Shown: positions 56,839-64,000 of the stretch, in pieces | Position numbering within the stretch: position 1 is the stretch's first letter | Layout of the letters: each line of letters begins with the position of its first letter | Source of the DNA: an uncultured Bryobacterales bacterium | GTDB lineage: Bacteria; Acidobacteriota; Terriglobia; Bryobacterales; UBA6623 | DNA length: 64,000 bases | Reading direction: 5' to 3' | Assembly: GCA_951813605.1 (NCBI GenBank) | Contig: OX638379.1 | Span: forward strand, 606,139-670,138 | Position numbers and translations under genes: made by a program | Notes under the pieces: model-generated | What the model saw: the letters and a program-made list of their open reading frames with translations, nothing else | Database searches by the model: none | Told to the model about the DNA's origin: nothing

Positions 56839-57702
56839 ATGGGAAATGTGGTGCACGACCTCGTCCTCTACAACGATCGGATCGTGTCCAGCGGCGAAGC
56901 CGTGTTGCGCCCGGGCCAGGTCGGTCTGTTTACCGGTTGGGGGGTCTTCACGACACTGCGTATATATCAGGGGATACCGTTCGCATTCGAGAAGCATTGG
57001 GAACGACTTCGACGCGACGCCGCGCTTCTCAACGTAGAGATGCCGCCTAGCCGAGACGACTTGCGCGCGCAGCTGATCGATCTGGCGGGCTGTAACCGCT
57101 GTCCCGAAGCCAAGATGAGACTGAACGTGATGCGCAGTCAGGGCGGAATGTATGAAGGCCCGGGATCCGGCCGACCCACTGACGTGATCGCGTTTACGGC
57201 GGACTTGGCGGAAGCGCCGGCGACTGTCGCCTTGGATCTGCAGGAGAACGGTCGGCATGCCGCGTCCCCGTTTGCAGGGACCAAGACGCTCTCATGGGTG
57301 CAGAATGTCACGCTGTTCGAGAACGCCCACCAAGCAGGCTTCACTGACGCGATCCTGCTGAACGAGCGTGGGGAGGTATCGGAATGCACCTCCGCGAACA
57401 TTTTCGCGGTGAAGGACGGCGTGACCCTCACCCCACCGCTCTCTAGCGGGCCGTTGCCGGGCGTCACTCGTAGAGTGATGCTCGAGGAATTGAACGAGGC
57501 TGTCGAGGAGCGGGTGCTTTTCCTCGAGGATCTCCACGCGGCCGACGAGGTTTTCATCACCTCGTCGACCCGGGAGCTCGTACCTGTCCGCAGGATTGCC
57601 GACCGCCCGCTCGGCGTTCGGGAGTGGCCAGTCATGCGAAGTCTGCGAACGCTTCTACGCGATTACGTGGCCGAATACATCGCAGCTGCCAAGAGCGGCT
57701 GA
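56839..57702 (+). CDS. class IV aminotransferase (BCAT / D-aminotransferase / aminodeoxychorismate lyase family)
   Basis: 287 aa. Has 'GWGVFTTLRIYQGIPFAFEKHWERL', 'SECTSANIFAVKDGVTLTPP', 'LPGVTR' and 'ADEVFITSSTRELVPV'. Confidence 0.8.
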   Translation: MGNVVHDLVLYNDRIVSSGEAVLRPGQVGLFTGWGVFTTLRIYQGIPFAFEKHWERLRRDAALLNVEMPPSRDDLRAQLIDLAGCNRCPEAKMRLNVMRSQGGMYEGPGSGRPTDVIAFTADLAEAPATVALDLQENGRHAASPFAGTKTLSWVQNVTLFENAHQAGFTDAILLNERGEVSECTSANIFAVKDGVTLTPPLSSGPLPGVTRRVMLEELNEAVEERVLFLEDLHAADEVFITSSTRELVPVRRIADRPLGVREWPVMRSLRTLLRDYVAEYIAAAKSG

Positions 57703-57744
57703 ACAGAGCGGGCTGTACTCGGGGTCCGGAGGCTTCGCTCGAAG

Positions 57745-58635
57745 CTAGCCCGGCATGAGTCCGTGCTTGCGAAGGAAAGCACGGATGGTCTTGTCGATCT
57801 TGGCGACTTCCTCGCGAGAGAATCCGCCGTGGCCTCCGCCGGGGATGGTGAGCAGCTCGTTTTCCGCACCAGCCGCGTTGAGACGGTCGTGCAGCTCGAC
57901 CGCGTGCGAGTACGGAACGATCTGATCGGCGTCGCCGTGGACCGTGAGGATGGGCGGCAGGCCCTTGCGGACATGATGGATCGGCGACACGGAATCGGCG
58001 ATCTCCTTGCGGTCACCCTGGCTTCCGAGCCACTCGACCGTGTAACTCTTCTCGTTTGGCTTGCCCGCCATCAGGTCAGCCACGTCCGTGATGCCGTAGT
58101 AGTTGATCACCGCCGCGACGTTCGGGACGATCGCAGAGTTGCATTCGGCGTCGAATCCGGCCGAGACGGATAGCATGGCGGTGGTCAGCGAAAGGTGGCC
58201 GCCCGCCGAGCGTCCGGTCACGACGAGTCGCTCGGGGTCGATCCCGTAGGTTTCGGCGTTGCGGATCACCCAGCTCAGGGCGCAACGGCAGTCCTCCACT
58301 GCCGCAGGCGCTCGTGCGACGCGGCCCAAGCGGTATTCGACGTTGACGACGTTGAACCCCATCTCCAGATAGGGGGCGATTCGCAGCGAACTGGCCTCCT
58401 TGGAGCCGCCGACCCAGCCGCCCCCGTGGATGTAGATCACAGTCGGCCGGGCAACCGACCTGTCGCGGTTGAAGTAAACATCGAGCTCCTGCTCGACGTT
58501 GCTCGCCACCTTGTAGGTGACGTTGGGACTCACGCGGAATTCGTTCCCCACCCACGCGGCGAAATCCGCGGAATCGCCGGCGAAAGACGGATAGGAGAGC
58601 AAGAGGGGAAGGGCGAGCAAGACTGCTTTGCGCAT
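57745..58635 (-). CDS. alpha/beta hydrolase (esterase/lipase, HGGG type), secreted
   Basis: Signal 'MRKAVLLALPLLLSYPSFA'. Oxyanion motif 'YIHGGGWVGG'. Nucleophile elbow 'GRSAGGH'. Confidence 0.8.
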   Translation of the reverse strand: MRKAVLLALPLLLSYPSFAGDSADFAAWVGNEFRVSPNVTYKVASNVEQELDVYFNRDRSVARPTVIYIHGGGWVGGSKEASSLRIAPYLEMGFNVVNVEYRLGRVARAPAAVEDCRCALSWVIRNAETYGIDPERLVVTGRSAGGHLSLTTAMLSVSAGFDAECNSAIVPNVAAVINYYGITDVADLMAGKPNEKSYTVEWLGSQGDRKEIADSVSPIHHVRKGLPPILTVHGDADQIVPYSHAVELHDRLNAAGAENELLTIPGGGHGGFSREEVAKIDKTIRAFLRKHGLMPG

Positions 58636-58676
58636 GGAGGGCTCCTTGGGTACTGGGGGTCTTCTAATGCTAGGGT

Positions 58677-59732
58677 GTGGGCTTGAAGCCGGGCGACCTC
58701 ATTCGGCGATTGAGGAAAGGCGGCAAGCCAGCGCCTGGTTACCTGTTCCTTGGTGCCGAGCCATTCTATCGCGGCCGCTGTCGGCAAGCGATCAGGGAGG
58801 CGGTCCTTGGCGCGGAGCCCGACGAAACCGCAAAGGTCGAGATCGACTTCAGCGAGCAGCCTTTGAGCGACCTGCTTGAGGAGGCGCGGACACTGTCTCT
58901 GTTCGGCTCGAACCGTCTGGTCATCGGGCGGAACGCGGAAAAGGCCCTTCCAAAGTCGACTGCCAAGGCGGGTCAGCTGGCGCAGCGCAGCCTCGCGAAC
59001 TACTTCGAGGACCCCGTCCCCGGCACCACGGTCCTGCTTGAGGCGGTCAAGTACGATTCCCAGGAACGCGACCAAAAGCAAAAGCTGCAACGTCTCGGCA
59101 AGTTCTTCGCTTCCGTGCCAGTGCGGATCGACCTCCACGCGCTCTCAGTGAAGGAGGCGCAGTTCGTCGGCAGGGTTCTGGCCGGGCGAATAGGGCTGAA
59201 GATTCAGGAAAAGGTCGTGTCCGAACTGGTCGAAATGCTTGGAGCGGACGCGTTTCGTATCGAGAACGAACTCGCCAAGCTGGCGCTATTTGTAGGCACG
59301 GATCGCGAAGTTACCAGAGACGATCTGGAACTGCTAGTTCCGGAGGCTCGCCAGAGCGGGCTCTTCCAGTTTTCCGAGGCTCTCGCCGCGCGAGACCGGA
59401 AACGGGCCCTGCAACTCCTCGACACCATGTCGAAGGCGGGCATGTACTGGCCCATGCAACTGAATCTGATCGCCGGGCTCTTCCGGCAGGCGTTGGCTGC
59501 GAAGGAGCTCGGCCTGCGCGATGCGCGCCAGATCGGTGCGCGGTTGGGGAAGTTCGGCCTGCGCGTGTGGCCAGCGCGAGCGCGGCAATTGGCAGGAATC
59601 GTGTCGCGGTTTCGCGAAAAGGAGCTACGCGACGCGTTGGTTGCCTTGTTCGAGGCTGACCGCGGCCTCCGCAGCCCCCGGCCAGACGACCGGATGGTGG
59701 TCGAGATGCTCGTTATGAAGCTGACGCGATAG
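58677..59732 (+). CDS. holA: DNA polymerase III subunit delta
   Basis: 351 aa with a GTG start. Has 'GYLFLGAEPFYR' and 'LSLFGSNRLVIGRNAE'. It lies next to rpsT, which is a conserved neighbourhood. Confidence 0.8.
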   Translation: MGLKPGDLIRRLRKGGKPAPGYLFLGAEPFYRGRCRQAIREAVLGAEPDETAKVEIDFSEQPLSDLLEEARTLSLFGSNRLVIGRNAEKALPKSTAKAGQLAQRSLANYFEDPVPGTTVLLEAVKYDSQERDQKQKLQRLGKFFASVPVRIDLHALSVKEAQFVGRVLAGRIGLKIQEKVVSELVEMLGADAFRIENELAKLALFVGTDREVTRDDLELLVPEARQSGLFQFSEALAARDRKRALQLLDTMSKAGMYWPMQLNLIAGLFRQALAAKELGLRDARQIGARLGKFGLRVWPARARQLAGIVSRFREKELRDALVALFEADRGLRSPRPDDRMVVEMLVMKLTR

Positions 59733-59747
59733 AGGCGCCGACGCTGA

Positions 59748-60017
59748 CTACTGGGCGCTCGCCTTGTTGGCTGCTAGCGCGAGCGAAGACTTGAGGCGAT
59801 TTGCTTTGTTGCGGTGCAGGATTCCTTTTTGAACTGCCTTGTCGACCAAGCTGATCGTCGGCCCGAGAAGTTCGCCGACCTGGCCCTCGCTCTCCGTCGA
59901 GGCAGCCGTGCGGAAGGCCTTCAGCTGCGTGCGCAGACGGCTCTGGTGCGCCTTGTGGCGCTCGGTGCGGTGCGCGGTTTGGCGGATGCGCTTGATCGCC
60001 GACTTGTGGTTTGCCAT
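59748..60017 (-). CDS. rpsT: 30S ribosomal protein S20
   Basis: Has 'MANHKSAIKRIRQTAHRTERHKAHQSRLRTQLK...QKGILHRNKANRLKSSL'. Confidence 0.9.
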   Translation of the reverse strand: MANHKSAIKRIRQTAHRTERHKAHQSRLRTQLKAFRTAASTESEGQVGELLGPTISLVDKAVQKGILHRNKANRLKSSLALAANKASAQ

Positions 60018-60322
60018 ATTCGGTGCTGTCCTCAGAATAGCCCCCGGTTGCACCGCATGTCAAAGGACTGGTCCAAGTCCCCGGTAAGAACTGCGCAACG
60101 GCATTCCGATATCACTGCACGATCGAATCGACTGAGCTGCAATAGCCTTTGGCTGAACTGGCGAGGTTCGAACCTGCGGCACGCCAGTGCGACGAAGCGG
60201 CCAGCGCTGTGGCCCCGCTCGGAGTGAAGCCGGCGGAATGCTCGCTGGGGCGCCTCTCCGCTCCAGTTGGCCCCTCCTTGCTCTCTCGCTCGGACTGACA
60301 GTACGCTAGACGCGGGATTCGC

Positions 60323-61303
60323 ATGGTTTTTCTCTCGCCAAGGCGCATGCTTCAAATCGCGAATCTCCTGCTGGCGATCCTATGCTTGGCAGGGACGCTC
60401 CTAGTCGCGGTAGCCGCGGCTTCTCTTCTCCGCTTCTACACCGAAGACCCGATCGCGCTGAGCGCGGTGCCCTTGCTGTGTGGGGCACTGTTGATGACAG
60501 CGGCCGGAGTCGCGATCCATCCCGTGGCGAACTGGAGATCGCTCGGCCTCTGGCTGGATGGCGCTTCCGGCACCTTGTGGGGCTTGCTGCTGGGGGCCTC
60601 CGCCTGCGGCCTCCTGGTGGCGGTCGTGTTGATTGCCGGCCTCGCCGCTTGGACGCCTCTCGATCCAGCTCAGATTCGATTCGACTGGAGGGACGCGTCG
60701 CTCGCGGGACTGCTGTTTCTCGCCATCGGCTCTTTCGGCGAGGAACTGTTCGCGCGCGGCCTGCCCTTGCAGTTCCTCGCCTTCGCATTGGGCCCTGCCG
60801 GAGCTGTAACCCTCACGTCGCTGGCGTTTGCTCTCCTGCACGGTGCAAATCCAAGTGTCACCTACCTCGCGCAGCTCAACACCGCTCTCTTTGGTTCGGT
60901 CTTCGGGCTGGCTGTCGTGAGGCAGCGCTCGTTATGGCTGGCATCTGGCCTGCATTTGGGGTGGAATGTCGCCCAAGTTACGCTCGGCGCGAATAACTCA
61001 GGCATTACAATAAGGCTCACCGAGCTGAACTTGGAGCTTCGCGGCGAAGAGTGGCTGACCGGAGGAAAATATGGCTTGGAAGGCGGAGTGCTGGCGAGTG
61101 GCGCGGCTCTGGTGCTCGCGGCGGCTGTCTGGTGGCTCCCTAGAAGGCGTTCAGAAGGACCGTTGCTCTGGGAGACCGGCCAAGTCCCGGTTCCGCTGGA
61201 TCGCGCCGGGGATACCGGCGGTCCTCTCGGCTTGGCTGCTGATCATGAATCCAGCAACAGCCCAGGCGAAGACGGAGAGGCTGGCGGCAGAGCACCGAGC
61301 TGA
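60323..61303 (+). CDS. CPBP family intramembrane glutamic endopeptidase (CAAX protease-like)
   Basis: Motifs 'FGEELFARGL' (EExxxR), 'FALLHGANP' (FxxxH) and 'HLGWNV' (HxxxN). The 3' end is uncertain because the last 230 nt overlap the next ORF. Confidence 0.7.
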   Translation: MVFLSPRRMLQIANLLLAILCLAGTLLVAVAAASLLRFYTEDPIALSAVPLLCGALLMTAAGVAIHPVANWRSLGLWLDGASGTLWGLLLGASACGLLVAVVLIAGLAAWTPLDPAQIRFDWRDASLAGLLFLAIGSFGEELFARGLPLQFLAFALGPAGAVTLTSLAFALLHGANPSVTYLAQLNTALFGSVFGLAVVRQRSLWLASGLHLGWNVAQVTLGANNSGITIRLTELNLELRGEEWLTGGKYGLEGGVLASGAALVLAAAVWWLPRRRSEGPLLWETGQVPVPLDRAGDTGGPLGLAADHESSNSPGEDGEAGGRAPS

Positions 61304-62009
61304 ACTGATTCGGAACCTGAACGCCGAATTCGGCACCGCAAAGGTTCAGATCCCGCGATCCAAGAAGCCCTTGCAACTACGACCCACCGGCCAGTACGAC
61401 CGCGAGCAGTGGTCCGAGGCGATGACGAAGTTCGGACCGGCGGCTCGATTGGGAGATCTGGTGCAAATCACGGCCATCCAGTTCGAAGGCAAGAAGCTGG
61501 TTCTAGAGATCAACCACGGAATCAGCGGGGGCCGTCGATGGTGGCATCGCATCCAAGTGTCCGGTACTGCCAGCCGCGGCACGACGCTCGGGGCCACACA
61601 GCACACTCACGCTCCCGGAGGAACCAAGCTCGCTCTAGTGTTCCCTAAGACGATCCCTGCTAAGACGGCCGCCGAATTCAAGGAAATGCTAAAGCCGGTC
61701 CTAGACTTCGAACGGCGGACCGCCACAGAACTCTACCTCGACACGATTGACAAGAAGTACCGCGATGCGATCGAGAAGAAGGAAATAATCGAGGGCATGG
61801 ACAAGGAGATGGTCCTGCTTGCGAAAGGCATCCCGTGGAAGAAGATGCGCGACTTCAAGGGCGGCATCGAGACCGAGGATTGGATCTACGGAGAGCCCCC
61901 CGGGGAAATGGAGTTCGTGACATTCCTTGACGGCACTGTGATCCGCATCAAGGAGAGCCACGCGGCGATTGGCGGCTGGGTCAAGGAGACGGAACAAATC
62001 GAGCGTTGA
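61071..62009 (+). CDS. hypothetical exported protein with BamE/SmpA-like C-terminal segment
   Basis: Has a signal-peptide-like 'SRFRWIAPGIPAVLSAWLLIMNPATAQA|K' and a C-terminal 'GMDKEMVLLAKGIPWKK...EDWIYGEPPGEMEFVTFLDGTVIRI'. Start is uncertain (ATG 61071, GTG 61098 or ATG 61248). Confidence 0.5.
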   Translation: MAWKAECWRVARLWCSRRLSGGSLEGVQKDRCSGRPAKSRFRWIAPGIPAVLSAWLLIMNPATAQAKTERLAAEHRAELIRNLNAEFGTAKVQIPRSKKPLQLRPTGQYDREQWSEAMTKFGPAARLGDLVQITAIQFEGKKLVLEINHGISGGRRWWHRIQVSGTASRGTTLGATQHTHAPGGTKLALVFPKTIPAKTAAEFKEMLKPVLDFERRTATELYLDTIDKKYRDAIEKKEIIEGMDKEMVLLAKGIPWKKMRDFKGGIETEDWIYGEPPGEMEFVTFLDGTVIRIKESHAAIGGWVKETEQIER

Positions 62010-62035
62010 GGCCCGCGATGCCGCGCTCTCAGTTT

Positions 62036-63142
62036 CTAGTGGGAAAGTTTCCAGCGCTGTCCGATCGCGTCGGCTGCCCGAATGGCGTCTAGCACCATCA
62101 ACGGCCGCACCTTGAATGGCTCGTTGTGAATTGTCTCGCCCTTGGCGACCGAGCGCTTGGCGACTCTTTCCAACAATTCCGGTTCGCACGACGGAAGACC
62201 GACGTCGGCCAGCGAAATCGGGAGGCCGACTTGCTGGCAGAAGTTCAGCACTTCTTGGATCTTCGCTTTCGGCTTGCCCTCTAGCACGAGCTGCACGAGC
62301 GTTCCGAACGCTACCTTCTCCCCGTGAAAGTAAGAGTGCGTTCCCGGTGCCACTGTCAGGCCGTTGTGGACCGAATGCGCAGCAGCGAGGCCAGATGACT
62401 CGAATCCTAGCCCTGAAAGCAGGGTGTTCGCTTCGACCACCCGTTCCAGGGCAGGCGTGACGGCTTGGTTCTCCGTGGCCGCAAGCGCGTCGAGTCCGTC
62501 GTCGATCAAGGTGCGATAGCAGAGTTCCGCCAGCGCGAGGGCGCTCCGCGTGGAAGCGCCGCCCCGCATGTTCTTGACATGGGCCTCGACAGCCGTTCGG
62601 GCCTCGAACAGCGTTGCCAGAGCATCGCCCATCCCCGCTACCAGCAGGCGGGGGGGCGCACAGGCGATCACTTTCGTGTCAACCAAGACCAGATCCGGGT
62701 TTCGGGCGTAGACGCGATAGTCCACGACGACGCCCTGGTTGTTGTAAAGGACCGACAAGGCCGAGCAGGGGGCGTCACTGGAGGCCACAGTCGGGCAATT
62801 CACCACGGGCAGGCCGAGCTCCGCGGCAACGGCGCGGGCCGTGTCGAGCACCTTGCCGCCACCTGCCCCGACGACAACGGCAGCCTTGGCCCGTTGGGCG
62901 GCGTCCTTGACATCCTCGATCTCCTGGTGGCTGCACTCGCCTCCGAACGGCTGCACCGCGAATTCCATTCCAGCTTCTGCGAACGTCCGACGCCATGTTT
63001 CGGCGAGCTTCGCGGCTGCGCTCCGCCCGGCCAAGACCATGACCGGTCCCCGAAGGCCGATCCGGTCCATTTCCAAGCCGAGCGACTCGGTTGCCCCCGG
63101 ACCCTGTGTATAGCGCGAGGGCGACGAAAACACTGACAGCAT
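62036..63142 (-). CDS. gldA: glycerol dehydrogenase (iron-type alcohol dehydrogenase family)
   Basis: Has 'MLSVFSSPSRYTQGPGATESLG', 'VVVGAGGGKVLDTARAVA', 'VPTVASSDAP' and 'HNGLT...HGEKVAFG'. ATG 63142 is preferred over the track start at 63241. Confidence 0.85.
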   Translation of the reverse strand: MLSVFSSPSRYTQGPGATESLGLEMDRIGLRGPVMVLAGRSAAAKLAETWRRTFAEAGMEFAVQPFGGECSHQEIEDVKDAAQRAKAAVVVGAGGGKVLDTARAVAAELGLPVVNCPTVASSDAPCSALSVLYNNQGVVVDYRVYARNPDLVLVDTKVIACAPPRLLVAGMGDALATLFEARTAVEAHVKNMRGGASTRSALALAELCYRTLIDDGLDALAATENQAVTPALERVVEANTLLSGLGFESSGLAAAHSVHNGLTVAPGTHSYFHGEKVAFGTLVQLVLEGKPKAKIQEVLNFCQQVGLPISLADVGLPSCEPELLERVAKRSVAKGETIHNEPFKVRPLMVLDAIRAADAIGQRWKLSH

Positions 63143-63603
63143 GCTCAGGATTGTAGCCCTGAGGCGTCCGAAAGCTGGCAGGATTTCTTCCGATGCGACA
63201 TCGGCCCGGTCCGGGCCTCTACCGCGAACGGCTGTCGGCAAAGAGAGATCCGTTGCGGCTCACCAGCATCTGAGCCGCCACCTCCTGCGTTCGAACCGTC
63301 GTGCTGTTGGTGACGCTTGCAAATGCCAAGCGGGGCAGTTCGGAATCAAACCGACCGCGCGAATCAAACGACGAGGCGGTCGATTACGACGATATCGAAA
63401 CACGAGACCGACTGCTTTATTGCCGTCTCCCACCGGAAAACGCGACGTTGGCCCAGGGTCGGAGCCAGTCTTGAATCGTGAGCATCGCCCAACCCTGGTC
63501 CCTGCGGGCCGAGGATTGGCGAAGCGCGGGCGCGGCAAAGCTAGGCTTCGGACTTCTCACTGTTGCGGACCGAACCCACCGTCGTTACCGTAGAAGTGCC
63601 CTA

Positions 63604-64000
63604 ATGATCAATCGAAGAGATTTCCTGGCCGTTTCGCTCACAGGGGGTACGGCGGTCCTCGGCGGACCCTCAGTCCTTGCAGCGGCAACGAGTGCAATTC
63701 CAGTCAGGATCACTGCGGTCGAGCCGCTCGTTCTCCACGGCCGGAGCGACCCGCGTTCTCGTCCCTGGGTTTGGATCCGGCTGCGCACGGACCAAGGCGT
63801 GACCGGCTACGGCGAATGCTATGCGTGGATGCTAGAGAGAGGCAAGCTCAAGATACCCGGCATCGTCCGCCAGATCGGCGAGCAGATCGAGGGAGGGAGC
63901 GCGGTGGCAATTGAAGCTTTCCGCCAGCAGTTCTGGCCGCAAGGGTCGAATCTCGAGTGGTTCGCGGCGCTAGCGACCATTGAGATCGCCATGTGGGATG
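63604..64000 (+). CDS. enolase-superfamily enzyme with twin-arginine signal (partial, runs off the window)
   Basis: My own translation from ATG 63604 reads 'MINRRDFLAVSLTGGTAVLGGPSVLAAATSAIPVRITAVEPLVLHGRSDPRSRPWVWIRLRTDQGVTGYGECY...ALATIEIAMWD'. The blocks 'TDQGVTGYGE' and 'IEIAMWD' are enolase-superfamily capping-domain hallmarks. Confidence 0.7.
   Translation, partial: MINRRDFLAVSLTGGTAVLGGPSVLAAATSAIPVRITAVEPLVLHGRSDPRSRPWVWIRLRTDQGVTGYGECYAWMLERGKLKIPGIVRQIGEQIEGGSAVAIEAFRQQFWPQGSNLEWFAALATIEIAMWD

Noticed and set aside
1-64000. Scanned by eye for CRISPR-like regularly spaced repeats, long tandem repeats, rRNA, tmRNA or RNase P-like sequences, integrases and reverse transcriptases.
   Set aside because: None found. 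The only repeats seen are the IS termini and short local palindromes. A computational repeat and Infernal scan would be needed to exclude small elements.

Overview
High-GC (about 60%) chromosomal DNA from a Gram-negative bacterium. The gene content looks Acidobacteriota- or PVC-like: a CarboxypepD_reg-type TonB receptor, a PSCyt/DUF1501 pair, and many Tat-signal Gfo/Idh/MocA and TIM-barrel enzymes. That taxonomic placement is inference only. I can support about 45 protein genes, one tRNA-Arg(TCT), one intact IS1380-family insertion sequence with a CTAG target duplication, and several decayed loci. Housekeeping genes: rnc, rpe, bamD, ogt, holA, rpsT, glpK, gldA, qor. Accessory genes: three Cys-type sulfatases, secreted peptidases (M20, M81/MlrC-like, S15 CocE/NonD, M14, DJ-1/PfpI), an OMF-RND-MFP efflux operon, an Nramp-like and an MFS transporter, and two enolase-superfamily enzymes, one with a Tat signal. 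I saw no rRNA, CRISPR array, integrase, reverse transcriptase or recognisable defence system. The best candidates for undescribed biology are: (1) the sulfatase + PSCyt/PSD (DUF1549/DUF1553) + DUF1501 operon at 8.5-13.9 kb; (2) a four-gene all-Tat-exported oxidoreductase/isomerase cassette next to a TonB receptor at 15-23 kb; (3) a Tat-signal enolase-superfamily enzyme at the right edge; (4) an 811-aa lipoprotein fusing a repeat/propeller-like region to a PHP-type metallohydrolase. The window also holds genome-decay scars: a VapBC-like pair split over three frames, an orphan RHH antitoxin, two abutting convergent gene stumps, and an amber-interrupted small ORF at the IS target site. All family assignments rest on motifs recognised by eye and need HMM or BLAST confirmation.
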